DNA of 64,000 bases. Source: Batkoa obscura (Eukaryota). Made by a program: the position numbers and the translations under genes. Below the pieces are notes generated by a model. That model saw only the letters and a list, made by a program, of their open reading frames with translations, was not told the DNA's origin and did not search any database. This document shows positions 23,275 to 39,630 of this stretch, piece after piece; the stretch's first letter is position 1, and every line of letters begins with the position of its first letter. The DNA lies in contig JASVEC010000003.1 in assembly GCA_030770535.1 (NCBI GenBank), positions 744,001 to 808,000 of the forward strand. Reading direction: 5' to 3'.

Positions 23275-25147
23275 TATAGTTAATAATAAATATTTTTTTA
23301 GTAAAGTTTTATAAAAATAAATATTTATTTATATATTACAACTTTTGTTATTATAATGTATATATTAAATTACTTAATTTTTATGCAACAGGTATTTTTA
23401 TTTAAATTTAGCAAAGCAATTATAATGTTTTTTTAATAAAAAATCTTAAGCAGTTTTAATATACAAATACTTAGGAATCTAGTTTTTTTTTCAATAGTAT
23501 TTTATTGGTTACTTAATTTATAACTAAAATTTAAAAATTGTAAAAAAAAAGAAACTAATTCAGATATCCCTAAATTCTTTTTTATTTATAGATTTAATTT
23601 ATTCTTTTAAATTAATTTAATTAAAATAAACAAAAAGCAATACAAAAATGATATTGCAACATGCTTAAACTGAAATTGGTCGTTTTTTCTAGGACAGTTA
23701 AAAGTAACCAATTAGACAGTTATTTTAGGACAAGAGTAGTATTTACCATTTATTGCTATAATGTTATATTATTAAAATTCAAGTATAAATACTTTTATTG
23801 ATCCAATTATAAAAATACTATTTGAATTATAAGTAAGCTATTTTCTTCACTTTTGTTTATAAACGAATGTAGTTTTTATTTAGATAGTTTTATTTTCTGT
23901 ATTTCGACTATGATTTGTCTTTATAAAAAATATTCTTATATATTGTTGTATCAAATATAGCATAATTGAAATACTGATCAATAAATTATAAAGTATTTTT
24001 AACATATTTATAAAACATACATCATTTTTGGAAAGAATAATAGGTTTTCTAGTATTCACCTCTTTTGTAGTAGTATACTACGGTTATTACACTCAATAAA
24101 ACTATATATTTTCTTTAACTTCGTTCTTAGTTGACTTCATAATATCTTTGTACATTATATGTTATATCTTAAAACATATCAATAAAAATAACTAACTCAG
24201 CTTTAATATTGCTATTACTTTATAAAATCAAGAATTAAAGCTTGATTATTTAACAAAATCAGAATTATTCAATAAATTATGTAATTAAGCATTATTATAA
24301 AATTAATAAACTAACAAATTGAATACGCTATTTACAATATTGAAGATACTTCAGGATAATAAATAAAACTATATAAATTATAAAGTTGGTTCAAGTATAT
24401 ACTTTAAATATGATATATTTATCTAATATGTCAACTATTAATAAAGCATTAGGGTATTAATTATCCTTTAAAACCTATTTTTAAAAAGTCACTTTTAACT
24501 AGGAATAGAATTCAATCATAAGTGTGATTAGATTTTTTCATGTATAGATTTTACACTTTTCGTAGAATATACTCCTTTATTTTAAATAAAATTGGCTCCT
24601 TAATACTCAATATATAAAGCAAACTAAAAAACAAGCTTGGATATATATATGAACTTTTTTCATTTAGTAATATGTATTTCTTTCTCTTGCATATATAAAC
24701 TCTTAATTGTCCGAAGGAAAAGTAATACAGCTAGATTAATTGCCCATACAAATTTATTGTAAAAGTTGACTTCAATCACAATAAATGAGGTCATTTTTAA
24801 AATTATTAGCCAATCAATTTCTGGAGTATGGTTAGAAAAATAATTCAAGTCAATTGATTGGTTATTACTGAGTGGCTCATTTCAAATATCTCTAAATTTA
24901 CTATTAATTATTTGGTTCTCCACTAATTAATGGTTAAATCTAATCACAGTTAGCCTAGCATTGAATTCCAACTCAAATCAACAAGCAACTTATTCAAAAT
25001 TAAGAGAGTGGCTATATTTTAGTTTATTCTTTTATCTCAACTTCATTTAACTTAATTTTTTAAATAATATTATATCCTAATTCAATCTATACTTGGACAG
25101 CATATTGATCCAATTTAATTTATTCCAAAAATTAAATTTTTAAAGCT

Positions 25148-27589
<2,442 letters not shown>

Positions 27590-28791
27590 ATTAAGAACTA
27601 CATATGTAGTATTAAACTATTGGATTAATTTTAAATATAAAAAAGAGGGTATTATACTTACCGTAACGAACTCACTTTTTTAGAAATTAGAGAAATTTTT
27701 CGATAAACTGAAATTTGTTTCATAATTGATTTAATAGTTGTACTAAAAAAACGTTAATATATATTTTTTGAATAATTTTTAAGATATTTTTTTTGGTTTG
27801 ATATCAAATACGTTTATTGTTTTGTTTTTGATCTTTTATAAGTGGAATTAAATCTTTTTTGTGGGTATTTTTTGCGTTAGATTGTTTATTATTGTCGTGA
27901 GATTGTATTTTTGGTTTACTATTTATGTTGATTTGTATGGTAGCGTATCAACCAGATAGTCATTAAGTTACACGAACTGAGTTTACTTGAGAAAAGTTCA
28001 AATATTTCCAAAATGTTATAAATTTACAATAAAGTTTATAACTTTTGATAGTTGACAACTTTTACTATAAAAGTATGCCATTTATTTATACTTTAGTATT
28101 CATCCTTATGAAAGTACACTTATTGACAATTTCTTCATAATAAAAGTAGTCAAAAATACTTGTACAATAACATTTTATAAACATTTATATATCAATAACC
28201 ATTGATTGATGATTAAAATTAGTTTTTAAAACAAATAAAATTTAAACTTTATTTTCAAAGACTATAACGGTCAATTGTGTCATCAAGGGATTATTCAAAT
28301 CAAATTAGAAGGGGGAGAAAAAGAAGAAAAAGGAAGGTAGCATTTGAAGGCAATTATAAAATGAAAGCAGAAGGAAATAAGATAGATAATGAGTCTAAAA
28401 TTAAAATTTTAGTAGTACTTTGTAATAAATAAATCATAAGATCATTTATTCTTATTTTTAATTTATGAAACTTTAGAATCTAAAAGCTAAAAATTTAAAA
28501 ATCAATCAGTAAAATATCACGTTTATTAACTTATTAGTTGGTAGTATAGTAAATAAACAGTCATTTGGTAATATTTTCTAAGCTTTATCTAATTGTTTAT
28601 TTTAGTGCAATTGAGTAGAAATTTAGTTTTAAAATTTATGAAAAAAGAGGCATATATATTGATTTGCTAGCAATTGACGGCATCTTCGTTTTTATTGGCG
28701 AAAGAGCTTTAAAATCTGGCGTATCATTTGTTTGAGAACGTTATTGAAGCTTCATTTTTAGCGCTATTTTATTAATTCTTAAAAATCATCC

Positions 28792-29808
28792 ATGGCCAAA
28801 ACGAGCTACAAATTAATTAGTAATGAAGATAGAGAAAGAATCGTTAATGCCTATGTCAATGGGTCCAATGCAACCAGTATTTCTAAATTTTTTGGTTTCA
28901 ATGTGAGAACAGTTCAAAATATTGTAAAAAAATATATTGATGGGGAGGATTATAGAAGAAGACCAAAATTGAGTGGAAAAGAAGCTCCTAAGGTAATTAT
29001 GCCAGAATCCCAAAGGAAATTGATACAATCTTATGTTGAAAAAGACTGCAACATACCATTAAAAGAAATCAAAGAGAGATTAAAGAATGAAATGGAAGTA
29101 ACAGTAAGTGAAAGAATTATAACCATGAACTTAAATACGTTTAATTACTCTTTTAAACGTATTGATCCATCACTTCAAAGCAACGATTTAACTACTTTGG
29201 AGTTTCGGGCCTTTTATGCTAATACTTTTTTTAATAAAATAATCGAATTTATTGATTCTAAAGTTATCTTTATCAATGAAGCTACGTTTAATGTTTCAAC
29301 GCGTTTGAGAGAAAGTTCCACTGAAAGAAGAAAGACAGAAAAACAAGGTTTTAGGGCACGTATAATAAATACATCTATGTGTTGTGCTATGAGTATAAAT
29401 GGATTAGTTGAATACCAGTCTCAACTAAGGCGTTTTTTTACTGATACATTTAACCAATTTATTAAGTCTGTTGTTAAGAAATTACAAAAGATAAATATAC
29501 CCGAAGCTATAATAATTATGAATAATGCATATATTGAAAAAGATCCAAGCATCAAAGATCTTATTGAATCGAAAGGGCACAAGCTAATACGCTCACCACC
29601 CAACTCTTCATTTTTAAATCCTGTTGAAGGGATGTACGCTAAATGGATTCAATTAATAAGAGCAAAAGAAATAAAAAATGAAAAGGAATTATTTAAAGTA
29701 ATTGATAATATTCTATCAGAGATAAGCTCAAATGATTGTAGATATTTTTTTGAACAGATGCTTAGCTTTTTACCAAGATGTTTAAACCGTGAAGAAATAC
29801 TTAAATAA
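28792..29808 (+). CDS. IS630/Tc1-like (DD34E) transposase-derived protein, catalytically degenerate (outlier copy)
   Basis: HTH-HTH-DDE_3 layout. FINEA replaces FIDE, IMNNA replaces IMDNA, and PPNSSFLNPVE replaces PPYSPFLNPIE. Intact intronless ORF; no TIR seen. Confidence 0.85.
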   Translation: MAKTSYKLISNEDRERIVNAYVNGSNATSISKFFGFNVRTVQNIVKKYIDGEDYRRRPKLSGKEAPKVIMPESQRKLIQSYVEKDCNIPLKEIKERLKNEMEVTVSERIITMNLNTFNYSFKRIDPSLQSNDLTTLEFRAFYANTFFNKIIEFIDSKVIFINEATFNVSTRLRESSTERRKTEKQGFRARIINTSMCCAMSINGLVEYQSQLRRFFTDTFNQFIKSVVKKLQKINIPEAIIIMNNAYIEKDPSIKDLIESKGHKLIRSPPNSSFLNPVEGMYAKWIQLIRAKEIKNEKELFKVIDNILSEISSNDCRYFFEQMLSFLPRCLNREEILK

Positions 29809-31316
29809 ACAAAAATTACCTTTACAGTTTTTTTTTAGAATTTTCTAGTTTATAAATGTTCATATTAAATTGTCTATTTTATTATTTCTTTTTAAGTATT
29901 ATAATCAAGTTAATTTTTTTCCAATTTTTAAGGAGCCAATGGACTTGAAGTATTTTTTTACAGAATTTGAAGTTTAATGATGGCTAGATAGAAGATGGAA
30001 GTTAAGGATAGAATTAGAAGGAGAGGTAAGATTGAGGTGGAGTAAGATATAAACTATTGAATAATGGAAATTTACTCTAATTTAAAGGCATCTGTTTTTG
30101 ATAGATTAAAATAATACTAACCGATTTGTATTTAAATTTGCAAAAATTCATCAAAATATGTAGAGGTTGCGATTACTCAAAATGGGCAGTAGGAATTAAA
30201 AAACTTAACTTAGACACTGAAACGAAAATTTATTTTTCTATTTTAAACTTGAACTACTCTTTTAATAGCAGTTTCAGTAATTTAGATACTCCATAAGACC
30301 TCTCACAATTTGAAGCTAGTTTCCATAAGCTCAATGACACCGATTTTAGCCCTCTTTGCTGAATAGAAAACCTTTCTAATAAACAGTTTAATTCTATGAA
30401 TTCACAATTCAAAGTCTAAAATTTAAAAGGTTTAACTCCATTTGTCTTGCTTTTACCTAATATCTCAACTTGGTTTAATCCTTTTTTACAAAGTGTTTAT
30501 GTTAATATGGGTGCCGGACAAATAACCATAAGCTTACAAAAATATTAATAGTGATATGAAGTTAATTGAAGATACATCTTTTTTAGCTATATAATATAAT
30601 GTTTTATTTTATTAAAAGATCATTAGGTATTCTAAAACATCCATTTTATTAAACAGACGTTTTAAAAAGATCAATAAAATAGAGCTTATTAAATGCATTG
30701 AGATATTCATAGTACTGAATTAAATTTAATATAATGATATTCAATATTACAGATAATAATAACAATAGATTTATATAGCTTTTGGGTTTATATTACTTAT
30801 AAATATTTCTAAATAAAAAATCAATTTTTTTAACAAAAATATTAATTAAAAATAATAGTGAATTCTTATCAATTGTAAATTAATTTTTGAGATAGTATTT
30901 GCAAAAAAAATCAAGTATACACTATTTTACGTAAATTGATAAATGAAACTTAATAAAATAACTAAATAACTTATCTTTGTAAATAGGCATTTATTCAATA
31001 AAAGCATATAATTTTATAATATTAATTATTTGTATTACTTCACCCATTATTTTAAAAAAATTCCAATCCATTTTGACACTAACAAAATTCAACTCAAACA
31101 AAAGTAAAATCCTAAAAAGGTAATTTTGAACATTTTAAGCTATCGTTAATTTTATTTCAAACAAAATTAATAAACTCTCGAAGACTCAACAGGATATTAT
31201 TCATATCATCAATAATAAAATAGTTTATTGTTAATTTTTTTTATTGATTTATATCTCTTTATTTTACATTCATTTTAGATAGTTCCTTATTTCTTTATTT
31301 CTCTACTTTTTTAAAT

Positions 31317-31556
31317 ATGAACTTCTTCATCTATTGCATATTATTTCAATTGATAGTCGCGGTAACACCGGGAGATAAAGTAGGTTATAATTTACCACAA
31401 TTAGGTGAAAATCAAACTGGTATTAAAGGGGTACCAAGTAATCAAATATCAAATAGTAATCAAAATAGTAATAGTAATAATAACCAAAATAGTAATACGA
31501 ATAGTAATACCAATACTAATAATCAAAACGTTCAAAGCAGTCCAAATAAAAATACA

Positions 31557-31648
<92 letters not shown>

Positions 31649-32231
31649 TAATGTCCAACTCAATGAAAGTAAAAATAATAACCCATCATCACAATACAAT
31701 GATAATAAAAATAGTAAACAAAGTAATGTAGATAAACCAACTATACAAGAGAGTAAATCTTCATCTGAAAAAACAATTGAAAGTATCTCTACAACACCTA
31801 CTTCTACTTCTATCTCTTCTGTCTCTCCCACCACTACTTCAAAATCCAATGAAAAAACCTCCAATCATAATGCTACTTCTACGGACCCTACACTTGTATG
31901 TCTAGTTGAATCTGGTTGTGGACCCGATATCAAATGTATTTCTCGATGTGCTAAAGTACCTAACCCTAATTCTGATCAGGTTCGACGTACAGGTGCATGT
32001 ATGGGTCGATGTAATACAACAGAACATCCATTACCACCACCTAATGGTGAACAAGTGTTACAAGATAGGATTACTACTTGTTATCAAAAATGTTTAAAGG
32101 GTATTTATTTAGCTCATTTTACTAAACCAAAGTATAGGGATATTGGAGTGAATTCGGGAAGTGATGGTAAAGGGTTTATAGAAATAATGGCAGTGATCAT
32201 GGCAGTAATTGTGTTTAGTTTTGGGGTTTAA
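31317..32231 (+). CDS. Secreted, probably GPI-anchored Asn/Ser/Thr-rich protein with a Cys-rich domain
   Basis: Signal peptide MNFFIYCILFQLIVA, poly-Asn, S/T stalk, C...C...C...CAKVPNP...C...C...C...C domain and a hydrophobic C-terminus after NSG. Confidence 0.75.
31557..31645. repeat. (AAT)n coding microsatellite (poly-Asn)
   Basis: About 29 consecutive AAT units. Confidence 0.95.
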
Positions 32232-32416
32232 TGAATTGTTAAGGGTTTATAATGAAATTGAGAGTCAATTATAAAATTAGATAATTGTTTTTAATATTAA
32301 TGATATAAAACTTTATTAAACTAAAAACTCGAAAAGAAAGGTAAAAGTACAAATTCAACTTCAGCTTAAATAATAAAGAAAGTGAAGTAGAAAGAAGGGA
32401 TTAGGATTTTAATTTA

Positions 32417-33834
32417 TCAAATAAAATCCAATAGTCTTTGAAATTTAATTAATTCACTTGAAGAAAAAGAACATTCATTAGAAAAAGCAATTTCCATTAA
32501 TATATGAGCATTGTATAATTTTTTAGGTAAATTTTGAATTTGTTGAAATAATTGTAAGGGATCTAAATTAGAATTCATTAATTCTAATTGATAAATTTTA
32601 AATAATGCTAATCCAATTCGATATAATATTTTATCTCCTTCATAAAACAAACAATCCCAAACTCTTAAATTACTTTCAATTGGCAATAAATCACAGTATA
32701 ATAATGGAAACCAATGAGAAATAGCTAAAGCTAATGATGGCATACCATTCTTTTCTTTTTCTAATATAAAATTCCATAATTTATTGAATTTACTTCTCAT
32801 TAATGCTAAAAATGTTCGTACCATTATTGTACTTCCTTTTCCTCCTTTAATATATACCTGGGGATTCATTATATTATCTGTAATTGTTATTAAAGTAAAA
32901 AAGCTTTTTTCTTCATCCATAAATAATAATAATTGTCCAACTATATAACTAAAACTTTGTTGATATCCATTTTCTTTTTTATAATATGTATAACACAATA
33001 ATACTCTTCTTAAAGCTGATAATAAGGCATTACTCTTGGGATCAAAACCAATGGTATAATTACCATTAGGTTTTGTTTTAAAATGTTTATTATTGGGGAA
33101 GGTACGATGTAAATCTAAAATCAAATAAATCATATTATTATTTATTTATTGTTATTTATTTATTATTATTTATTTATTATTATTTATTTATTATTTAATA
33201 AATTTACCTTGATCAATTTCTCTAGAAAAAGACAAAAAATCAGGTTGATTAATTACTTTACTTAATAAATGTTTATATAAACCTTGATTTTTTAACCATT
33301 TTTCTTCTGCACCAGAATAATAAAACCACATCTAATAATAAAATTATAAAAATTAAATATTTATTCTCTTTACATAATAAACTTTTAAACTTTACCTTAG
33401 CTCTCCATTCCGTTGGTATACCTTTTCGAATATATCTTTTAACTAAATTTAAAAAAAATTGTTAGTATTTTTCAATATTTCTTAATAACATTATCTCTTC
33501 TTAAATCTCTTTATCTTACCTTTACTATTTCTATCTAAAGGTAAATTAGCATTTTGTAATAACATACTATTCCATTGTTTTTCACGAAATATTAATTTTT
33601 TTTGATATTCAATGTTAAATTGATTAATAATTTCCACTTCACTTTTATCTTTACTTTTCTCAAATCCATATTTATCATAACTAAATATAAAGTATAGTTA
33701 ATATTTATATTATTTAAGTGAATAAAATATTTAATTAATACTTACTTAGAATCCTCATCCTCTTTATTTAATGGTATATTAGGATAATAAAAACTACCGA
33801 ATTGTTCATTGTTTTCTGGATCTTCAACCATCAT
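32417..33834 (-). CDS. TBC-domain Rab GTPase-activating protein, Msb3/Msb4-like, multi-exon
   Basis: Spliced exons give YDKYGF, KRYIRKGIPTEWRAK/MWFYYSGA, EIDQ/DLHRTFP (Arg finger), GYQQSF (Gln finger) and LRVWDCLFYEG. Confidence 0.85.
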
Positions 33835-34814
33835 TTATCTCTTATTGAGCTAATATACTGTTTTAAAGTAATCAATGTTAAACAAAAAAAATAAAGAACG
33901 ATTTAAATTTTAAAATTGTTTAAATATTTTAGTCTGATAATTTATAATTATAAGCCTCTAATTCATAATTTCGAAGAATATTGTTTTAGACACTGATTCT
34001 TCAAATATGATTTTGATTGGTGGAAAAATATATTACCCTTACTTTATTTAGAAAATTCCAATTTATTAGGGATACTCTATTTATATATGTTTTTTGAGGG
34101 TTAGACTACAATTTTAATATTTGTAAAGTAGGTAAGGACTTTGTATTATAGTGAAGTATTATTGCTATTAAGTTGATGTATATATAAACTTATAATATTT
34201 AATCTAGGATACTATTTTATTGAATTCTATTTTTGATACTATTGGGAATTTTAATTATGGCTGGGAATTTGTTTTGGAATTAAATTTATTTTACTTGATG
34301 TTACTTAATGTATTATCACTGCTTATCTAATTTAAAAAATATCGAAAATTAGTTTGATAAATTTGAAGATTAATTAAATTATTTAAAAGATAATATTCAA
34401 AATCAAATATTTACTTTGATAATTCCAAGCTAAAGAAAAATAAATATTATGACATAACAAAATAGAATAAATAATAATGAAACAAGATACAAATACTTCT
34501 GCTAATTTTGTATGAGTAGTATATATTTATATAGGCTTTTTATACTAATTTTATGAAATATTGGAATTATTTTAAACTATTAAAATTCAAGCAAAACTGT
34601 TATAAAAATCAATCTTTTGCAATAATAATTTAATAAAATCAACCTAAAATTTATTATTAAACTTCATCAACCCACAAAAAATGTAAAAAAATAACTTAAT
34701 TTTTATCTTATTCATTTTCAATTTCCATTTTACATTCAATTAATCTTAATCGATATATAACTCTCATTAAAAAGATAAATGTATTCTTTATTATTTTAAT
34801 TATTAATAATAATT

Positions 34815-37800
34815 TTAATCATTATTATTAAAATACAATTGTTTCCAATAATTTCTAAATAAGATTGGATTAAATTTATATATTAATAATTGATTTTTTA
34901 TTTCTTTACTCTTTTCCTTTGATTTTAATATTTCATTTATTTCATTAGTATTTTTATTAATTTCATTATTATATAATATCTCATCTTTATCATCATCATC
35001 ATCATTTATTCTTTCTTCTTCCATTTCTTTTTCATTCATAAACTCTATTAAAAAAAGGGTAATAAAATGGACTAAGAATTGATCAATATTTAATTCCAAT
35101 TTTAAATTCAATTTCTCTTTTAATCCTTGTAATAATGGAAGTTCATTTTTCTCTTGATATAATTTATAAATTTGATAAAGATATTGACTTGGATTAATTG
35201 AATTTATAGCATTTAATAATTGATTTAAAAATATATTGATAGAATAAAGTAATAAAAATTTCATTTCATAAATATCTGCTAATTCAAAAAATTGAACACA
35301 TAATAATAATTGTAAATCTTCAGGTTCATTTGATAAAAAATTCATATTGATTTGATTACTTTTTGAAGTAATAGATTGATGATTTATAATATTAAATATT
35401 TTATTATTTAAATAATTTAATGTATTAAAATATTCAATTGGTAATTTAATAATTTTAGTTGCACTTTCAATACCACCAAATTGTAAACTGGCTGTTAATA
35501 TTGGTGATAGAAATTCAATTATTTCTAAGGGCATTTGAAATTCTAAGATTTTTTCTTTATTATTATTTTCATTATCTTTACATTGAAATTTAACTTGTTG
35601 TTTATTTTTACTATGAGTTATTTTTTCATATTTTACAAACATATGATAAATACTAAAATCTAATTCATTTTTAACTTGTTTTAATATTGATTGTAATTCT
35701 TTATATATCTTTTCACTCTTTAGAAAGGCATGATAATTAATAGCATATACACCTGATTTCATTTTCCACCTTTTAGATTCCAATTCAAAATCTTCCACTT
35801 CATCCTCTTCTTTAAAATTAAATATTAAATCTAATAAAGTATCATATGGAGTCTTAGATGTAATTTGGTACTTTGAAATACAACTTGAATTTTCTTTAAT
35901 AAATTTTAAATCTCCTGTAATAAAAAAAGATTGAAAATTAGAATCTTTACAACAATAACTTAAATAAATAGTAATTAATTGATTTAATTTAATCATTGAT
36001 TTTTGATTTTCTGTTGTTAAATAAAGTTCGATTAATTTAATAATATTATTAATAAGTTCATTAATTATTGGTGTTATTATAACAATTGTTTCTTTTACTT
36101 TCTCAATATTTATAATATTAATCTGTTTTATTATATTATAATACCATTTATTTATTAAATTGTTTTTTAATATATTAATTAATTGATTCTCATCTGTTAA
36201 TAATTTAATAATAATTTTGTTTATAATATTATATAATTCATTATCAGTTATATAAATATTGATTAATTCATAAGATAAATTAATTATATAGTTAGTATAA
36301 TTTATTATATATTTGATAGCAGATGGTATTGTTAACAAATTTAATAAATAATCACATGCTAATATACTTAATTTTATATCATATTTGTAACATAATATTA
36401 TTTGATAAATTGGATTTATAATTGATATAATATTATTATTTGTATTATTGTTTTGATAAATACCATTTTTATCCTTATACAACATACAACTTTTTGGTAT
36501 TTGAATTAATTTATAAAATCCAGGTTTAGCTAATTCATTAATAAAATACACTTCCTTTTCATCAATATAGCAACAAATAAATAATTCTTTCCATTCTTTA
36601 TCTTTTATAAAATAACCTAATAAATTTATTATTCTATCTAATATCCTTTTTCCATATAATTGATATTTATCTATTATTGAATCATAATAGTCAATCCTTT
36701 TTTCATTCTCATTTTGATTTGTATTATTCAATTTGTTAATAATAGTTGGGTGTTGAGCCCATAACATAAATGTATGTGCTAATAAATAAATGAATTTTAT
36801 TGTTGTGTTTTCTTTTAATAAATTATTTCGAAATACAAAAGATTGAAACATACAACTAAATAAATTAAAAACTGGATTAATTAAATTAAGATCTAATTCA
36901 TTTGGACAAGTATCTATTAACTTATACTTTTCAAACAGTTGTGATAAATTTAATTCTTTAATAAATTCATTAAATTGATATTTTTGAATTATCTTTTGCA
37001 ATATATTGGATGAATATGTTAATATCATTAATTTACTATAATTCGATTGTTGTTTAAGTTGATTGTCATCCTCTTCTTTTGTACAATGTAAATATAAAAT
37101 ATTGCAACATTTTAAACAAATTAATTTCAGTTCATTCGGATAAAAATAATTAAACTCTTCAATTGTTTTTTCGGTCATCAATTTACAAACTAAATTTAAC
37201 ATACCAACTAAATAATTGAAATTTGAACTGTTACAATTATTTTCAAATAATCTTATAACAACCATCGAAAACATAGGTAATACATTATAATTTACCAAAA
37301 AATTCCCTTCTTTTTCATTATAACCAAAAGGTTTATATTTCAATACATTCAGTTCTCCATTACTCTCTGTTAACATATTAATTATTAAAATAATAGTTTG
37401 AAACAATTCATTTGTTTTTAAATTAAATTCAATTTCTTTTGATATCATTTGAGATTTGTTTGAACAATTTATTACTTGATAAAATTGTAAATAAATTGAA
37501 TAATAATCTCTATTAATTCTTTCAAGTTCATTAGATGGAAGATCATTGTAACTTAATAATATTTTTAAATAAATTATTGATTCATCAAAAATTAGAAATT
37601 GGTGTTGTAATTCCATTGATTTTAAATGTACGTTTTTTAATAATTTATAAAACTCTAGTACCAAATCAAAATAGTAATCTTCTACTGTTTCTTCTTTTAA
37701 CATGACTTGTTGTAAATTATTGTAATTCTCCTTATTGGTATTATGATTTAATAGATGCGTTGATAAATTTAACAAACAAAATGTTAATTGTTTAAAATGA

Positions 37801-38987
37801 ATTTTCTTACAAGTTATAACTTCCTCTGCTTCACTTCTTTCCATAATAAATACTAACCTCAATGCTTTTAACATTGGTAAAACAATAAATTTAATAAATC
37901 TACCATTCATTTTCATTTTTTGAAAATCATAAATATTAATTTGATGATAACTTACTTTCAAAAATAACTTAACAATTTCATTATAAACTTCAGTTTCCGT
38001 TCGAAACTGGAAACTCATTTCAATACAATTGTTAATTAAATTCATCATTTCATTAACTAACTTTTCATTCTTTTGATTCAGTTTACTTTCCTCTTCTTTA
38101 TTAATATTTTGATTCATTTGCTCCCCTTCATAATTTATCTTTTCCTTAACGCTCTCATCATCTTTACCTAATGAATTATCAAATGGCTTTCTAATAATAC
38201 TAAACATAAGGGACTCTTTATCAAATTTTGATGTATAGGGTAGCTCATTAATTTTATCATTCAAAAATTGAAATAAACTTTTAATTGCCTGTTTTTCATA
38301 ACAACAATAATTAACCATACCTTTCCTTTGTAATTTAAAAAAATAGATTAAAAAATTTTGGTTTTTAACTCGTGTTGAAGCATTATTCAGTAACTCCAAA
38401 ACTCTTTCGAAAATAAATTTTACTTTTATATCATAATCTTTTGTTATTAAAGTTTCCATCATTTCATACTTTTTATAATAAATAGAAAATAATGCTCGAT
38501 CAAATAAAGCATAATGGTTAGTAATTGCTTTAGGTAAATGAATTTTTTCCAGTATATTTAATGTAATTCTAATAATTTCCTTATCCATAAAATAAATTAA
38601 CGAAATAAAAAACGTATCTAATATCCTATTTACATCTTCTTCTTTAAACAAACATTCCTTTATCTCTTTAGTTTCTTTTACTAAAAATCGTTCACAAACT
38701 ATCCAATAATATCCTTGAATTAATTTTAACCATTTTATCAGCTTTTTCTCCATTTTATCCACTTCGATGTCTGTATAATCCAACTGTTCTATTTCAGCGT
38801 GAAACCTTTCAACATAATTAATAAATAAATAACTCAAATCCGATTCAACAACTGAAGTTTCAAGTGCTTTGATTTTCTTGATTATTTGTCGAAAGTCATC
38901 AAAAGATAATAAATAATGAATTCGTTTTGTAATTTCAGTATAATTGGTATTTTCATCTAATTTATTATCCGAGGATGGGGTTTGCAT
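34815..38987 (-). CDS. Large alpha-helical (ARM/HEAT-like) protein with a probable C-terminal BTB/POZ domain
   Basis: 1390-aa uninterrupted ORF. The C-terminal LSPILTASLQFGGIESATKIIKLP...FFELADIYEMKFL resembles a BTB fold. Confidence 0.6.
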   Translation of the reverse strand: MQTPSSDNKLDENTNYTEITKRIHYLLSFDDFRQIIKKIKALETSVVESDLSYLFINYVERFHAEIEQLDYTDIEVDKMEKKLIKWLKLIQGYYWIVCERFLVKETKEIKECLFKEEDVNRILDTFFISLIYFMDKEIIRITLNILEKIHLPKAITNHYALFDRALFSIYYKKYEMMETLITKDYDIKVKFIFERVLELLNNASTRVKNQNFLIYFFKLQRKGMVNYCCYEKQAIKSLFQFLNDKINELPYTSKFDKESLMFSIIRKPFDNSLGKDDESVKEKINYEGEQMNQNINKEEESKLNQKNEKLVNEMMNLINNCIEMSFQFRTETEVYNEIVKLFLKVSYHQINIYDFQKMKMNGRFIKFIVLPMLKALRLVFIMERSEAEEVITCKKIHFKQLTFCLLNLSTHLLNHNTNKENYNNLQQVMLKEETVEDYYFDLVLEFYKLLKNVHLKSMELQHQFLIFDESIIYLKILLSYNDLPSNELERINRDYYSIYLQFYQVINCSNKSQMISKEIEFNLKTNELFQTIILIINMLTESNGELNVLKYKPFGYNEKEGNFLVNYNVLPMFSMVVIRLFENNCNSSNFNYLVGMLNLVCKLMTEKTIEEFNYFYPNELKLICLKCCNILYLHCTKEEDDNQLKQQSNYSKLMILTYSSNILQKIIQKYQFNEFIKELNLSQLFEKYKLIDTCPNELDLNLINPVFNLFSCMFQSFVFRNNLLKENTTIKFIYLLAHTFMLWAQHPTIINKLNNTNQNENEKRIDYYDSIIDKYQLYGKRILDRIINLLGYFIKDKEWKELFICCYIDEKEVYFINELAKPGFYKLIQIPKSCMLYKDKNGIYQNNNTNNNIISIINPIYQIILCYKYDIKLSILACDYLLNLLTIPSAIKYIINYTNYIINLSYELINIYITDNELYNIINKIIIKLLTDENQLINILKNNLINKWYYNIIKQINIINIEKVKETIVIITPIINELINNIIKLIELYLTTENQKSMIKLNQLITIYLSYCCKDSNFQSFFITGDLKFIKENSSCISKYQITSKTPYDTLLDLIFNFKEEDEVEDFELESKRWKMKSGVYAINYHAFLKSEKIYKELQSILKQVKNELDFSIYHMFVKYEKITHSKNKQQVKFQCKDNENNNKEKILEFQMPLEIIEFLSPILTASLQFGGIESATKIIKLPIEYFNTLNYLNNKIFNIINHQSITSKSNQINMNFLSNEPEDLQLLLCVQFFELADIYEMKFLLLYSINIFLNQLLNAINSINPSQYLYQIYKLYQEKNELPLLQGLKEKLNLKLELNIDQFLVHFITLFLIEFMNEKEMEEERINDDDDDKDEILYNNEINKNTNEINEILKSKEKSKEIKNQLLIYKFNPILFRNYWKQLYFNNND

Positions 38988-39630
38988 GGAGATAAAAAGA
39001 AAGAGATGATAAAAATCAGGTTTTGATTTTTTTGGGATTTTGGAATTGGAATTATTGCTATAATTTGTGTCATTAAAGTTTTTGTTAACTTTAGATATTG
39101 GACAGTTAGATTTTAAATAATCCCATTTTAATGTGTATAGTCCTTGGTTTTCATTTATTTTCTATGTTATTTGTAAGAATGAATACCCTTGTCGCATTGA
39201 TTTAAACGTAATAAACAAGTACAGCATTGTAAAGGCTATATATCAGATAGGTTCTAACATTGCTATATATCAAGTGTTACTTTATTTTAATTTTTTTTTA
39301 ATTGTTTGGGCAAATTTAAATTATTTTGCTATTTCACTAATAAAATTTTTATTGCTCAAAAAAAGCTTGCAGAGTCGAAACTATTGGCTGTAAAAAGGAG
39401 GACTGATTTTGAACTAAAAAGCTCAAACTTGAAATAGATTCAATTTTGTTCTTTTTAACTTCCAAAATTTATCTTTAAAAAAACCCAATATTTTAACTGT
39501 TTTATAAATCGATCCAAGATTGTAACTATTATATAGCCAAGTTCATTTAATCTGGTATTATTATAGTAAGGAATTAATATCAAAGCTAAATCTATTCAGC
39601 TTTAATTTCACTTTCAATCCTTTTATTAAC

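Noticed and set aside
31405..31864. Poly-Ile and poly-Leu ORFs
   Set aside because: Alternative-frame and antisense readings of the (AAT)n microsatellite within the real secreted-protein gene.
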